Of a stretch of 64,000 bases of DNA, positions 25,178-39,359 are shown in pieces. A program made the translations under genes and the position numbers. The notes under the pieces are model-generated. The model did no database searches, was not told the DNA's origin, and saw only the letters and a program-made list of their open reading frames with translations. Positions within the stretch are counted from its first letter, which is position 1, and each line of letters begins with the position of its first letter. The DNA comes from Octopus sinensis. Its lineage: Eukaryota. The stretch is taken from positions 18,724,001 through 18,788,000 of the forward strand of contig NC_043016.1 of the NCBI RefSeq assembly GCF_006345805.1, read 5' to 3'.

Positions 25178-25771
25178 TTTCTTTATTGGCCACACAGGGC
25201 TGCACACAGATGGGACAAGTTACAAGGTAGAGCTTTTCTTTTGGGGAATGAAAAAGCAAAAGAAAAAAAAAAGGGGTGGCGTAGGTTTTCGATCAAGAGG
25301 GATCGTAAAAGGGAAGAAAAGAACAAAAAAAAAATAAATAAATAAATTTTTTTTAAATAAATAAATAAAAATAAAAAAGAAAATTTAAAAATTTAAAAAA
25401 TTAAAAATTAAAAAATAAAAATGTTTCTTTATTAGCCACACAGGGCTGCACACAGACGGGACAGATTACAAAGTAGAGCTTTTCCTTTTTAGGGAAAAAA
25501 ATTTTTTTTAAATGGTGTAGGTTTTCGATCAAAAGGGATCGTAAAAGGGAAAGAAGAAAAAAGAAAGAAAAAAGGAAAAGAAATAAAAGAAAAGAAAAAA
25601 GAAAAAAAGGAAAAAGGGGAAAAAATCGATCAATAGGGATCGTGTATCACAGTGTCATGATGTAAGTTGTAAAGGGGGAAGCAGATAAGGTTTATCCGTG
25701 GGAATAAAAGCCTACGGAAAAGACCACGGTAACCTCGGTCGATATTGTTACATGTTACCACATTTCTTTGC
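25178..25771 (-). mobile_element. Two tandem Tx1 3'-UTR-only copies (3' ends at 25178 and 25424)
   Basis: Match 4446-4865; 5' junction at 25771 abuts (TATC)n. Confidence 0.92.
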
Positions 25772-25876
<105 letters not shown>

Positions 25877-26099
25877 TGGAAAGGTTCTGATTTCTAGTAC
25901 TCCGATCATCAGAGAGAGAGAAAAATATGCTGCTTAATCAAAAGGTTTTATCGATGTAACTTTTAATAAATATATGAACGGCTACTCATACTCCACCAAC
26001 TTACTGTCTCTATCAACAAGATAAATGAACTATCTTATTGCTGTCACAAAAGGTAAGCCTTGTTAAAGAACTTGATGCCACTGGTAGCTGACAATTTAA

Positions 26100-26650
26100 A
26101 TATACCCTACTAGCTCTGGCTGTCCTCACTCAAGCGCAATGTGTTTAATCCCTGATGTCCATATGTAGACTACAACCCACCCATGTTGGCCCATCAAATA
26201 TGGTTGCTCCCACATAAAGACTGCTACCACTGGTGCGTTAACATTCCACTGAACGATATCTGATCTACCAACCCGCAACAACCTAAATATGAATAGTACT
26301 AAATACAATAAACTGATACGGTTGAATAAACAGTTTGCTGCTAAAGTGGCGACAGCTCTCTGCCAACATTTTGTCCGAGAACATGGGCCTAAGTGTAAAG
26401 AAACGAAGTGATGTTGCTTCCATAGCATTAAACTACCTGACCTAAGATGATCAACAGAAGCCAATTATCTAGAAGCCGCCTTGAATTTATCCCAAATACG
26501 TTACCCTTCTCCCAGTATTTGAGATGGGTTAGTCCTCAGCATCCACAAAACTCATACGGAGTTGATGCAAACTGTTATATATAGAATATCTGTATGGTAT
26601 TGACGGCTTCTACCTCCGAAGTGTCTGATGTTATCTTTATATGCAGATAC

Positions 26651-26746
<96 letters not shown>

Positions 26747-27560
26747 GCTCTGGAATGCCCTTTAAAAGTTCATCCTCTGCAGCAATTGCGTCAGCGCCAA
26801 AATATATAGAAGAGAAGACATGAAGCAATTATGATAGACTGGACAGTCAATGCTGAAGGAGCCTGACACGTTATTTCGTGTGATCAACGAACAGATGCTG
26901 TTTTACAGTGTAGCGATCCAGATTCTGAACAGAGGACCGAAACCAATTATCCTTAGAACATCCGTCTCCAGTCCACTGACCTCTGAGAGAATCAGAGAGT
27001 ACGTACCCATTGCGTTCTATCATTGACCAAAATTTTTATTTGTTTATATATGCGCTACCACTACTCGAGTTTCACACTATCGAGTTTCACTGTTCATGCC
27101 TTAGCGCAATAACGTTTCCTTCGTGTTACGCGTTAAAGATTTTCTCTTCTGACTAATTTCTTCTGTACTCTATTATTCCCTATACGTATCTGTTAAAAAA
27201 AATCTATCGAAATTTCTTATATTTTTTCTCTTTATCATGACCAATCACCTGTTGTTGGTGGAGGATCTCATTCACTCCTGCTTAAATGATTCAGTATTCT
27301 AGTCTCTAAACTTCTCCCGTGCCTTAAAGCACGCGTTCAGCTTCCAGTAACTGAGTCTCTGTCTAATTTCGCATAGTACCTGTGTGCGTCAAAAAGGTTT
27401 GCAATCGCCCACTTACAAGAGAAACATTCCTAGGAATGTAACCAAATGTCTAAAAATATTTGGCATGCCCGTTCCAGTCGGAGCGTAGCAGTCATTAATC
27501 TGATAGTCCCTGAATTTCTCTCATTACTGCTCTCATCCAATACTGACAAGCAATGTTTAG
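26100..27560 (-). mobile_element. Old, highly decayed Tx1 ORF2 relic (may fill 25877-28820)
   Basis: CYAPTGTG..FRHLVTFLG; SYWKLNACF; VLRIIGFGPLFRIWIATL align with motifs of the younger copies. Confidence 0.6.
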
Positions 27561-28820
27561 TAGTGCTTGTTCAAAGTGCTGTGACAGCCGTCTTTTTCAA
27601 TCTGGAATAACAAAGTAGATGAATAGTGATGATGCACTAAAATTACAATAATCTAACACAGTTATAATTGCCTCTCCTAAAAATGTTTCCAATTTTCTGG
27701 AGTCTACCTCATATATGTTGAATTTCGGCTTTTCTTTTCTAGGATCACTTGTATTTACTCTCTCTTTTCGAACAGGAAGAGGCCTGGATCCCCTGGTGCC
27801 ACCAATACCTGGATCACCTGAGACGTTTCCATTTTATTCTGCTGAGGAGTGAAATTGAGTGTTATAATTTCCTCCGCCATCACCACCACACGGCATGGTG
27901 CTTGTGGGGAATAATGTAACTCGTATTTTTGTTATCAGAAAAGCTTCTACACTCGATTGATTGACATTATATCACTGACAAGGTCCATCCTCTGACCCAC
28001 AAATGTGTTATCTTCGTATTTTTTATCATTACTATAGTGGTTTCTGCTCCATGGAGGTAGCTGATGTCCTCTTCCATGTCACAAGTTCTCCGATCCACTT
28101 AGCTCTCCACCTCTCGCCACTCTGTTGCATCTCCACCCCATGGTCTTCGCAGAAGAGCAATAGCAAAAGAAGCAACTTCTTAATACTAAATTAACTATAA
28201 CAAACGTTATAGTTTGTTTTGAATTCGGAGTAACTTCGAATTGTACTCTCCCGTTGAAGGAGCATGTGACTAAATTGAATGTCAATTCACGAAATTACAT
28301 CATACAGAAAGTGACGAACTCTAGACAATGAGTCACAGCATGCACACAAAAACCTATAGGCCTTGTACTCGTTCTCTGCAAAATATGTACACCATTTTGG
28401 GAAGAATGTTAAGAACTTTGAGCTAGTATTGAGGAACACCTGCCGCATGATCCTTAAACGCCTGAAATCCACATAGAGAGGCAATCTGTATCTTCTTGCT
28501 GATGTTGCCCGATTGACGAGATAGAAATTTACTAATGGTCTCTAAATAACAAAGATTGTTAATTATTAACGACACCACCATGAGTGCCAAACATAGACTT
28601 AACAACTGAAATCAATAATAAAGTTTCTTCTCACTTATATTCAACTATTATTCATTTCTAATGAAGACCAGGTTTCAGCTTTGGACGGAGAAGTTTGAAA
28701 ATAACACTTACCTAAATTATGTGAATATCTCTGTAGAAGACATCTCTTCGGTTTCAGAAGCAACATATGTTCAGTGGAAGACAATTCCAGGAGACCAATA
28801 TGAATGGTTCGAAACACTGT

Positions 28821-28858
28821 AGATAGCTAGCTAGCTACCTAACTACTAGCTAGCTAGC

Positions 28859-28942
<84 letters not shown>

Positions 28943-28963
28943 TAGACAGACAGATAGACAGAC

Positions 28964-29012
<49 letters not shown>
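28821..29012 (+). repeat. (GATA)n/(GACA)n/(GCTA)n array
   Basis: Read directly from the sequence. Confidence 0.98.
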
Positions 29013-29014
29013 TG

Positions 29015-32000
29015 TTTCTTTATTAGCCACACAGGGCTGCACACAGATTACAAGGTAGAGCTTTTCTTTTGAAGGTTTAAAAAAAAAAAAAAAAAAGGAA
29101 GGAAGGGGGAGTTTCGATCAAAAGGGATCGTAAAAGGAGAGAAAGAGGACAAAAAAAGGGGGGGTTAAAAAAAAAAAAAAAAAAGGGGGAGAGGAAAAAA
29201 AAATTGATCAATAGGGATCGTTATCACAGAAATGTCAATATGAAGTGTAAAGGGGAGGACAGGTGAGGTTTACCCTTGGAAAGAAAAGCCTACGGAAAAG
29301 ACCACGGTAACCTCGGTCAATGAAGTCACATTTTATATTTCTTTTTTTTTTTTTTTTTTTTTTTTTGCAAATAAGCAACTCTCTGTTTTCGATTCCTGGG
29401 TTCATAGGACTATGCTCAAGGTGGCTTCGTCATTCATACGTGCCATTCTTGCTACATTCACCCATCTTTTTTTAAAACATTCGCTAGACAAAACTTGCCT
29501 CTCTACTCTCACTTTCCTTTTCAAGTGGTACTTGAAGAAGTTGATGAGAGATTGACCAGAGAGGAAAGTGTTTGTCTCCAATCCTTTCAGACGCGTCCAC
29601 CAGATACATTCTTTCGCCATAGCCACAAGGATGATGAAAATAGCTCTTCCTTCCCGTTTGAAGGAAGGAGGCGTGACAATATTGACGATAGACTCAGCTG
29701 ATAAACCGACTCGTCCCACACGTGACAGCAGTTGTTCGACATAAGCCCACAGGTCGGAAATTGTTGGACACTGAACGAGTGCGTGCAGAACGGTTTCGTC
29801 GCTCTGACCGCATCTCGGGCAGGTCGGCCCCGTGTTTCTCGAGCCGTGTCTGTAGAGCTTATCCCGAACGGGTAGCGCTTCTCGGTAGCATTGCCAGGCC
29901 AGGGATCTCTGGAAGTTGTCCATGGGCCCTGGCCCGAAAGTCGTCCCGAACAGGCGGGTCAGGTACTCATCGTCGACGTCCAGGTTCGCCCCGAGCTCGT
30001 CGTCGTACCTCCCCTCCACTAAACCCCTATAGAATGCTTTGGTTGTGTTGAAGTCACTTAAGGTCGACCCAGGACGGCAGAGTTGCTTGAGAGCAACGCG
30101 ACACTCGCGGTGCCATTCGCCCTTCCTCGGCCTCTTTTTGATCCACGACTGCAGTTCGGTCATGGAGACGAGCTGCGGGAAAGCGTGCCTCACAAACGGC
30201 GACCACACCTGTTCACCGTCGTCTACATAGAGCCAGAGATGTCGCAGTCTCAGCGCGTGTCTGCGCATCATCAACCACGGCATGCCCAGCCCTCCTTTTA
30301 ACGGGTGTTGACAGCAAATGGATCGCCTGACCATCGGGACGCATCCTTTCCACAAGAAGCGAAAGAGGATGCGTTGTAGTTTGGTGATGGTAGGGTCGGG
30401 ACAAGGTACGACGGTCAGGCGGTAGTAGATGACGGACGCGATGTACGTGTTCGCCACCTCCGCTCGACCTTTTAGGGACAGTTTCCTCTCGGCCCATTGC
30501 CGGGCGAGAGTGACCACCCTACTCGTTATCTCGTTCCAGTTCTTCTCCACCTGGAGGTCCGGACCAAACCAGACCCCGAGCAACTCAACCGGGCCGTCGG
30601 TCCAGCGTCCCACGACGGAGGCGCTGGTGGACGGCATAGGCTTGCTTCTCCAGGTGGCCTAGTCGCAAGCCCACTGACTTTTCCCGGTTGATTTTCGCTC
30701 CTGTCACCGCTTCGTAGTTTTTCAGTGTCTCGCCGACCAGCTCGATGTGCTCGTGGCTAGACACTATGACGGTGACGTCGTCCGCGTATGCAGACACGCT
30801 CGTCCCGCATCCCAATTCTCGCGGGATGCCCCTTAGAGTCGCCAGCTTCCGCAGTAGTGGCTCAAGAGTCAATACGTATAGAAGCGCCGAGAGGGGGCAT
30901 CCCTGACGGACCGAACGTGCAATGTCGAAAGGTCTCGATAGATGTCCATTTACGCGAATTACCGAACGGATGCCTCTGTACAAGGCAGCTATCCAGCCGC
31001 GGAAGACGGGCCCGAAACCAGCCGCTCTCAGGACTGCCTCCAAGTATCGATGGTCCACCCTATCAAAGGCTTTCGATTGATCCAAGTTGATCAGGGCCCC
31101 ACCCATGCCAGGTTCGTTAACTACCCTGTCTATGATGTAGCGCATCAGATGGAGGTTGTCATGGATGGTCCGGCCTGGCACGGCGCATGTTTGCGCCTTG
31201 TCGACCAGTTTCTCGATGACAAGCGCCAACCTCTTGGCTAGCACCTTGGCCAAAATTTTCAAGTCTGCATTAAGCAGTGATGGGCCTAAAGTTATCTATT
31301 ACATTTCCCTTGTTTAGATCTTTCTTCAGCAGTGTTACGGCTCCTCGGCTCACAAAACCAGGAATGCTCCCGTTTTGCTGCCAGTTGCAGTACACCGCCG
31401 CCAAGAGATCTCCAAACAAGTCTGGCATACAATTGTAAAGCTCGTAGGGTAGACCATCCAAACCCGGTGATTTGTCCCTCGAGCATTCTGCCATCGCTTC
31501 CCGCACTTCCGCCGCCGTGATGGCACCTTCGCAGCACCCTGCCTTTCTTGTCGAGAGTCGTGGTAGGCTATGTAGGTAGGCACTGAAGTCCACCCTACGT
31601 TCTTGCCCTCCACTCGTTCCGAACAGTCGGGCAAAATGCTGCTGAAAGGCCAAACACATTTTACTTGGCTCGAGCAATTCGCGCCCCTGTTCATCTACCA
31701 GTGACCGAATGGTGGCTTTGTTGCCCTGTTGCGCCTCTGCCACCCGGGCCTCTCTCGCGGCTCCAACACCTTCGTTCCTTAGAGCACGCATCCTAGCTCT
31801 GACAGCACATCCTTCGTGTTTGGCGTTGAAGTGTTGGTCGAGGGCCAACCTCGCCGCCAAAACGTCGGATGCGATGCCGCTTCTAATTGCCTCTTCTAGC
31901 TTCTTAACTAGCTCACCCTCTACTCTATTTCTATCTATGGCTAGTGCTTTGCTGTACCTAATCGCTTCTGCTTTTACTGCTCTCTTGAGGGCAAACCACC

Positions 32001-32308
32001 ATTTGTTGTTGATGATGGCTCCCGTCAAAGCCCTCTTTACTAGTGTGCTAATCCGGTCTCTGAAAACTTGTCTCGATGGGAAAGACGCGTTTAGTTTCCA
32101 GTATCCGGGACCCTGCCTAAGTGTCTTACCTATGTCTAGCGTACATGTCACAAGTTTGTGATCCGTGTAGCTGACTATGTGGAATTGTGGACATCCTATG
32201 CTATCTCTATCTACTGTCCTACACAGTATCCTATCTAGATACGATCTCGACGACCCGATGCGGTTGCTCCATGTCCACGTTGGCGCATTCGGGTGGTCTA
32301 GTCGGAAC
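29015..32308 (-). mobile_element. 5'-truncated Tx1 LINE, 3.3 kb, with complete 3' UTR
   Basis: ORF2 pieces 31270-32308, 30585-31262 (DQSKAFDRVDH, RQGCPLS, YADDVTV) and 29402-30637; two frameshifts; (TATC)n at both ends. Confidence 0.96.
29402..32308 (-). pseudogene. Tx1 ORF2 (partial APE endonuclease, RT, C-terminal zinc-binding domain), frameshifted
   Basis: ORF track translations, with frame breaks near 31265 and 30640. Confidence 0.92.
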
Positions 32309-32422
<114 letters not shown>

Positions 32423-32451
32423 GTATGTACTATAGTATATATATAAATGCA

Positions 32452-35422
32452 GGTCGGTCCGGTGATGGTTTTCGAACCGTGTCTGTAGCTCTTCTCTCGA
32501 ACAGGTAGTGCGTCTCGATAGCACTGCCAAGCCAGGGATTTCTGGAAGTTATCCATAGGCCCCGGCCCGAACGTCGTCCTGAACAGGCGGGTTAGGAATT
32601 TCTCGTCGACGCCCAGGTTTGCCCCGAGTGTGTCGTCGGACCTCCCCTCCACTAGTCCTCTATAGAACGCTTTAGTCGTTTGTAAGTTGCACAAGTTTGA
32701 CCCCGGTCGGCAGAGCTGCTGTAGAGCTTGGCGACACTCTCGGTGCCAATCGCCCAGTTTCGGTCTCTTCTTGATCCACGTTTGCAGTTCGGTCAGTGAG
32801 ACGAGCTGCGGGAAGGCGTGCCTCACAAACGGCGCCCACACCTGTTCACCGTCGTCGATGAAGTTCCAGAGATGTCGCAGTCTCAGTGCATGCCTGCGCA
32901 TCATCAACCACGGCATGCCCAGTCCTCCATTCAACGGATGTTGAGAGCAAATGGACTTCCTCACCATCGGAACGCCACCCTTCCACAGGAAGCGGAAGAG
33001 TATGCGTTCCAGTTTGGTGATGGTGGCGTCGGGACAAGGTACGACGGTCAGGCGGTAATCGATGACGGATGCGATGTACGCGTTCGCCACCTCCGCCCGG
33101 CCTTTTAGAGACAGCTTTCTCTCGGCCCATGTTTGACTGAGAGCGACCACTCTATTCGTGATCTCGTCCCAGTTCTTATCCATTTGGAGGTCCGGACTGA
33201 ACCAGACTCCGAGCAATTTAACCGGTCCGTCCGTCCAGCGTCCCACTACTGAGCCGCTGATTTTTCCGGGTTAATCTTCGCTCCCGTCACCGTTTCTTAT
33301 TTCCTTAGTGTCTCGCCTATCATCTGGATGTGTTTGTCGCCCGACACTATGTCGGTGACATCGTCCGCATATGCCGACACGCTCGTCCCGCAACCCAGTT
33401 CCCGTGGGATGCCCCTCAGTGTCGCCAGCTTCCGCAGTAGCGGCTCGAGAGTCAATACATACAGAAGCGCCGACAGGGGACACCCCTGACGGACCGAACG
33501 CTTAATGTCAAACGGTTTCGACAGGTGACCGTTCACCCGAATCACCGATCGGATGCCGCTATACAAGGCAGCGATCCAACCGCGGAAGACGGGACCGAAG
33601 CCAGCCGCCCTGAGGACGGCCGCCAAGTACCGATGGTCGACCCTATCGAAGGCTTTAGACTGATCCAAATTGATCAGCGCCCCACCCATGCCAGGATCCT
33701 TAACTACCCTGTCCACAATGTAGCGCATCAGATGGAGGTTGTCATGTATGGTTCTGCCCGGCACGGCGCATGTTTGCGCCCTGTCGACCAGTTTACCAAT
33801 GACAAGCGCCAACCTCTCCGCTATTACTTTGGCCAAAATTTTCAAATCTGCGTTGAGTAGAGTGATGGGCCTGAAATTATCTATAAAATTCCCCTTGTTT
33901 GAGTCTTTCTTCAGCAACGTCACTGCACCTCGGCTCACGAAACCGGGGATTCTCCCGGTTTGTTGCCAGTTGCAGTAGACTGATGCCAAGAGGTCGCCAA
34001 ACAAGTCTGGCATTCGACAATACAGCTCGTAGGGTAAACCATCCAATCCAGGCGACTTATCCCTCGCGCAGCCTGCCATCGCATCCCACACGTCAGCGGC
34101 TGTAATGGGACTTTCACAACACTCCGCTTCTCTTGCCGAGAGCCGCGGCAGGTCGGTCAGGTAGGCACTGAAATCCATCCCTCGTTCCGACCCACCACTC
34201 GCACCAAACAGTCGAGCAAAGTGCTGTTGAAAGGCCTCACACATCCTTTCGGGTTCGAGTAAACTGCATCCCTGTTGATCTATTAGAGACCGAATGGTGG
34301 CTCTGTGCCACGCTTCGCCTCCGCTACCCGGGTCTCTCGCGCAGCTTCGATCCCTTCGTTCCTTAAGGCATGCATTTTAGCTCTGACGACGCAACCTTCG
34401 TGCTTGGCGTTTAGGTGTTGGTCGAGGGCCATCCTCGCAGCCAGCACGTTGGTTGCGGCGCCAGTGGTAAGTGCCTCTTCTAATTTCTTAACCAGGTCTC
34501 CCTCTACTCTATTTCGATCTATCGCTAATTCCTTGATAAACCTAATTGATTCCGATTTGATTGCCATTTTCAAGGCGTACCACCAGCGGTGGTTAACGAC
34601 GGGTCCCGTCAGCGCCCTCTTAATTAACTCCCTAATCCGGTTCCTGTAAACCTGTCGCGCTAAGAGCGACGTGTTCAGATTCCAGTAACCGGGACGCTGT
34701 CTCTGTGTCTTATTTAAGTCGAGCGTACACGTCACAAATTTGTGATCTGTGTAGCTGACTATTTTAAATTGTGGACATCCTACACTATCCCTATCCGCTG
34801 TCCTGCATAGAATTCTATTTAGATAAGATCTCGACGATCCGACGCGGTTTGTCCAAGTCCACGTTGGCACGTTCGGATGGTCGATTCGGAACCTGTCAGA
34901 CAAATGGAAACGTCTGAGTAGGTCTTTGAGGCACTTACACCCCCTTCTATTCCTATCCATTCCCACATAATCTAGATGCGTGTCCAAGGTAGCGTTCCAA
35001 TCCCCTACTAACAGTAAAGGTCTAGACGTACCCAGGAAAACCTCTAGACGTCTGAAGAAATCCGCCCGACCCGTTAAGGACGGTGCATAAACTGCCATCA
35101 GACGGAATGCACACCCATTTCTGCCATCCACGTCCAAGACAACCAGCCTACCCTCCGGGTCTAGGAATATTGTTTTTACTTTTACATTTAGACTCTTGCG
35201 AAAAAGTACCGCGGTACCTCCACCACCTATGTTCGGCAGACAGGGAGAAAAATAAATGTCGAATTGATCGCCAAACATGGATGCGAGGGCCCGCGGCTTG
35301 CTGAGTCTGGTTTCACTGATAGCTACTATATCCACGTTCAGTGACTTGATGTCGTTTAGAAGGTAACCTTGCTTCCAAGCCGACGCCAAGCCACGCGCAT
35401 TCACACAACCTAATTTAAGCAT
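32452..35422 (-). pseudogene. Tx1 ORF2: APE endonuclease plus reverse transcriptase, disrupted
   Basis: MLKLGCVNARGL..IVAISETRL..LVGDWNA..TDHK; SPGLDG; YADDV. Confidence 0.93.
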
Positions 35423-35499
35423 AATTGACGTTTACGAAAATTGTGTTTCACACACTACATTGGAAGAGACAAGGGGCAAGAGGGAAGGTCACTTACTCA

Positions 35500-37165
35500 T
35501 TTCGAAAATTTCATGTTTTTCTTCTTCTTTTGTAGTGTCTTTGATGAGATGTTTGTATAGTTTTTTGGAGAGGTATCGTTGAAAACCCGCCCACCGCATT
35601 TGGAAATATTGTTTTCAGTGTATGGTGTTGTGTTTGTGTTATGTGTACAATTCTTATGTGTTTCGGTGGTGTGGTGCGAGGATGATTGTTTGTCTTAAAG
35701 TCATCTTCACAGATGTCCGTGTTGGATGCAATGTAATCCATTTATTTTTTATTGTCTGTGTCTATTGCAGTTAGTTGTGTGTGTGGTTTTGTGGGTTCAT
35801 TGATTTTTTGATTGTCTAGGGGGATGCTGTCCGGAGTTAAATATTTCCCAGCTTTACTTCCTTGTTTGGTGGGCTTTATTGATCTTTTCCTTTTACCCCC
35901 TGTGGCTATTAGCCATTCCGTCGAACTTTCGTCGTCTGACGAATCAGAAGGGGGTAAAGGCAAAGCATTTGCGTTAATATGTATGCTTGTAGAAATTGTT
36001 GATGTTTTGTGCGGTGTTTGTGTTGTTGTGGTGTTAGGGGTAGAATTTGTCTTCTCATCAATGTTTTCTGTCTTTTTAATTGTCGTCCTCGGTGTTGGTG
36101 TTGGTCTATCTTTGGTCGTCCTCGGTGTTGGTGTTGGTCTATCAGTATGATGAATTGGTTGCGACGTCAACGGTGATTGTGTTGGTATTGTTTCTTTTCT
36201 TGGTGATGTTGTTGGGGTTTGCTTGCTGGTTTGTTGTTTTTCTTGGCATTGTTCCATAATTGAGTGTGTTGGTGTTGGCAACAAGGGTTTTTTATTTGTT
36301 TTCTGATTTGTTCTTTCTTGTTTTTTCTGTGCCAGAGCGCACTTGGCAATTAAATGCTCTGTGCTGCCACAGTTGTAGCATCTAGGCTTTTTGCCTTCTG
36401 CCACAACATATAGGCTTTGCCCATTTTCTAAGTGGATCCTATCAGGTAGGTTCTCGATAGAGCCCCTCAATCTGGATGGTCACTACTATTGTTTTTCTAC
36501 CCCAGTTGTCGTTTAGGTACACGGCGGTTTCTAAAAGATTTATCTTTTTCAAATAGTAACAGATTGCCACTGTTATCCATTTGTTAGGATCTCGGGGGGT
36601 ACATTTTTAATAGTAATTCTACTCACTCTCTGGCCTTTGTAGTAAGGTACCATGATGATTTCATGTTTTTGCCACTTCCTGGTTAGGGAAGCGGACCAAT
36701 ACTGTGTTAAACTGGGGACCCCAGTTTATATATTCTTTTTTTTTTCATTATGTTTTTTAAACACTTTTCTATATCCGTTTTTGTAATCTGTTCATTTTGA
36801 TTTTTGTTTTTCTTATACTTTTATATATAATTGTCTTATTTTCTATTGTTGTTTTTGTTAATAGTATTCGCGTGAGTTTCATTTTTATCATTTATGTTGG
36901 TCGTGGTGGTGGTGGTGGTGGTGGTGGTGGTGGAGGTGGTGGTGGTAGCAGTAGTAGTCTTGTTGTTGTTAGTGGTGGTGGTGGTGGTGGTGGTGGTGGT
37001 GGTGACAGGGCTGTTACCGCAAGTGGTTGCAGCGTTCACCACCACGTCATTCAGGTTTGCACTTTGCGTGCATAAGTTCTTTTTTTCTCCTAGTGTTTCC
37101 AGACTAGGAAAATGCTGGTCCATAAAGGAACGCGACCAGCGTTCTACAATAAAATTTCTCGACAT
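35500..37165 (-). pseudogene. Tx1 ORF1 (RRM-like region plus CCHC zinc knuckle, low-complexity Thr-rich tracts), frameshifted
   Basis: RITIKNVPPEI; LPDRIHLENGQSLYVVAEGKKPRCYNCGSTEHLIAKC; start codon assignment uncertain. Confidence 0.75.
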
Positions 37166-37362
37166 TTTTTAATGTCGAGAAGAAAATTACACAAATTAAA
37201 TAGGGTTGAAACTGCCCCTATGGGCGAATTCCTCCCTTGGAAAAGCACTCAAACGAAAGTTGGGTGCCTTACACACCTTATTTACAAAGATGTACACAAA
37301 ATATGGGCTATAAATAGTCAAAATAAACGATTACCTTCGGAGCCGAAGTGACAGCACGTCCG

Positions 37363-37827
<465 letters not shown>

Positions 37828-38233
37828 TTGCATGTGTATACGATTTCATAAGTAAGCATATACGTATAAGACCTTTTATGAATACATAGTTGAATTTTTG
37901 TTTCGTAATTATCTTTCAGGTAGTTGTACAGTGGATGATATAGTTAAAAATAGAGAGCGTGCAAGAGGACAAATACGTTAGAAAAAGAAAAGAGATAAGC
38001 GGTTACGGGGGTGGACAGGTAGGTTTCTCGTCATTTTGGCTCCATACATGTTAATATTTCTGCCAAACAATAAACGTTGCCGCCATTATTACAAGATAGT
38101 GAGCGGATTAGAAAATAATTTCAATCATTTTTAAGGAAAGGAAACAAAATCAACCACTAATGTACAAAAACATACCTCATAGACATACTCATGTATATGT
38201 GTGTACGTGTGTATGTGTACGTATATGTGTGTT

Positions 38234-38274
<41 letters not shown>

Positions 38275-38643
38275 ATACATACATACATATATATATACAT
38301 ATATATATATACATATATATGCATGTATATCAATTGATATGATTACTGTGTATGCGCATATGAGTCTGTCTCTCTGTATGTATATATATATATATATAGT
38401 GAATGTTTAGACATATACACACACACATATATATATATATATATATTCATTTACATAATATATATGCGCATATATGCGAATATAAGTATTTGTCTGTATC
38501 TATATGTGCGAGTGTCGTTATGTGCTTTTGTTTTCTAAAGATATATCGATAGAAAAAAAAAAGGTTTAGAAAATTAACTTTTATTTCTGTTCTTATCATT
38601 TCTTTGTATGCAAGAAACAAATCTTAAGAAAAATGCTTCTGAC

Positions 38644-38679
<36 letters not shown>

Positions 38680-38889
38680 ATATTTCTGTCTCCTTATCTT
38701 GTTCTTTTGCCATTTCTGTATTTCTGATTTTGTTACTTTAATTTTTACTGTATGTATGTGTAAATTCATTTACAGATAATGAAAAGAGGTAGATTCCATT
38801 AAGACTTTTTAAGGAATTCTTGACAGGGCTTTATTGTAGCTATCACCATTGCTTTCTCTATATATATTTTACTTCCTTTCCTTCTATTT

Positions 38890-38902
38890 TACGATTATCA
38901 TT

Positions 38903-38935
<33 letters not shown>

Positions 38936-39025
38936 AACATCATCATCATCATCATCAACAACAACATCATCATCATCATCGTCGTCGTCGTCGTCGTCGT
39001 CACCATCATCATCATCATCATCATT

Positions 39026-39059
<34 letters not shown>

Positions 39060-39239
39060 CCATCATCATCATTGTTGCTATTGCTTTGTTTCCATCTTCT
39101 AATTATTACTATTATGGTCAGTATTAATATTACTAATGGTAGTTCTAATATTAATTTGCTATTAGCACTGTTGTTTGTGTGTATATTGAATATATACGAT
39201 TTTTATACCAATATTCGCATTATCCTTATAAATATGTAC

Positions 39240-39319
<80 letters not shown>

Positions 39320-39350
39320 CATCATCATCATCATCATTATTATTATTTCT
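38890..39350 (+). repeat. Trinucleotide arrays (GTT)/(CAT)/(CGT)/(ATT)
   Basis: Read directly from the sequence. Confidence 0.96.
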
Positions 39351-39359
39351 TTTTTTTTT

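Noticed and set aside
28821-28830. Sixth in-register Tx1 5' junction
   Set aside because: Same AGATAG phase, but the adjacent sequence cannot be shown to be Tx1, so it was not counted.
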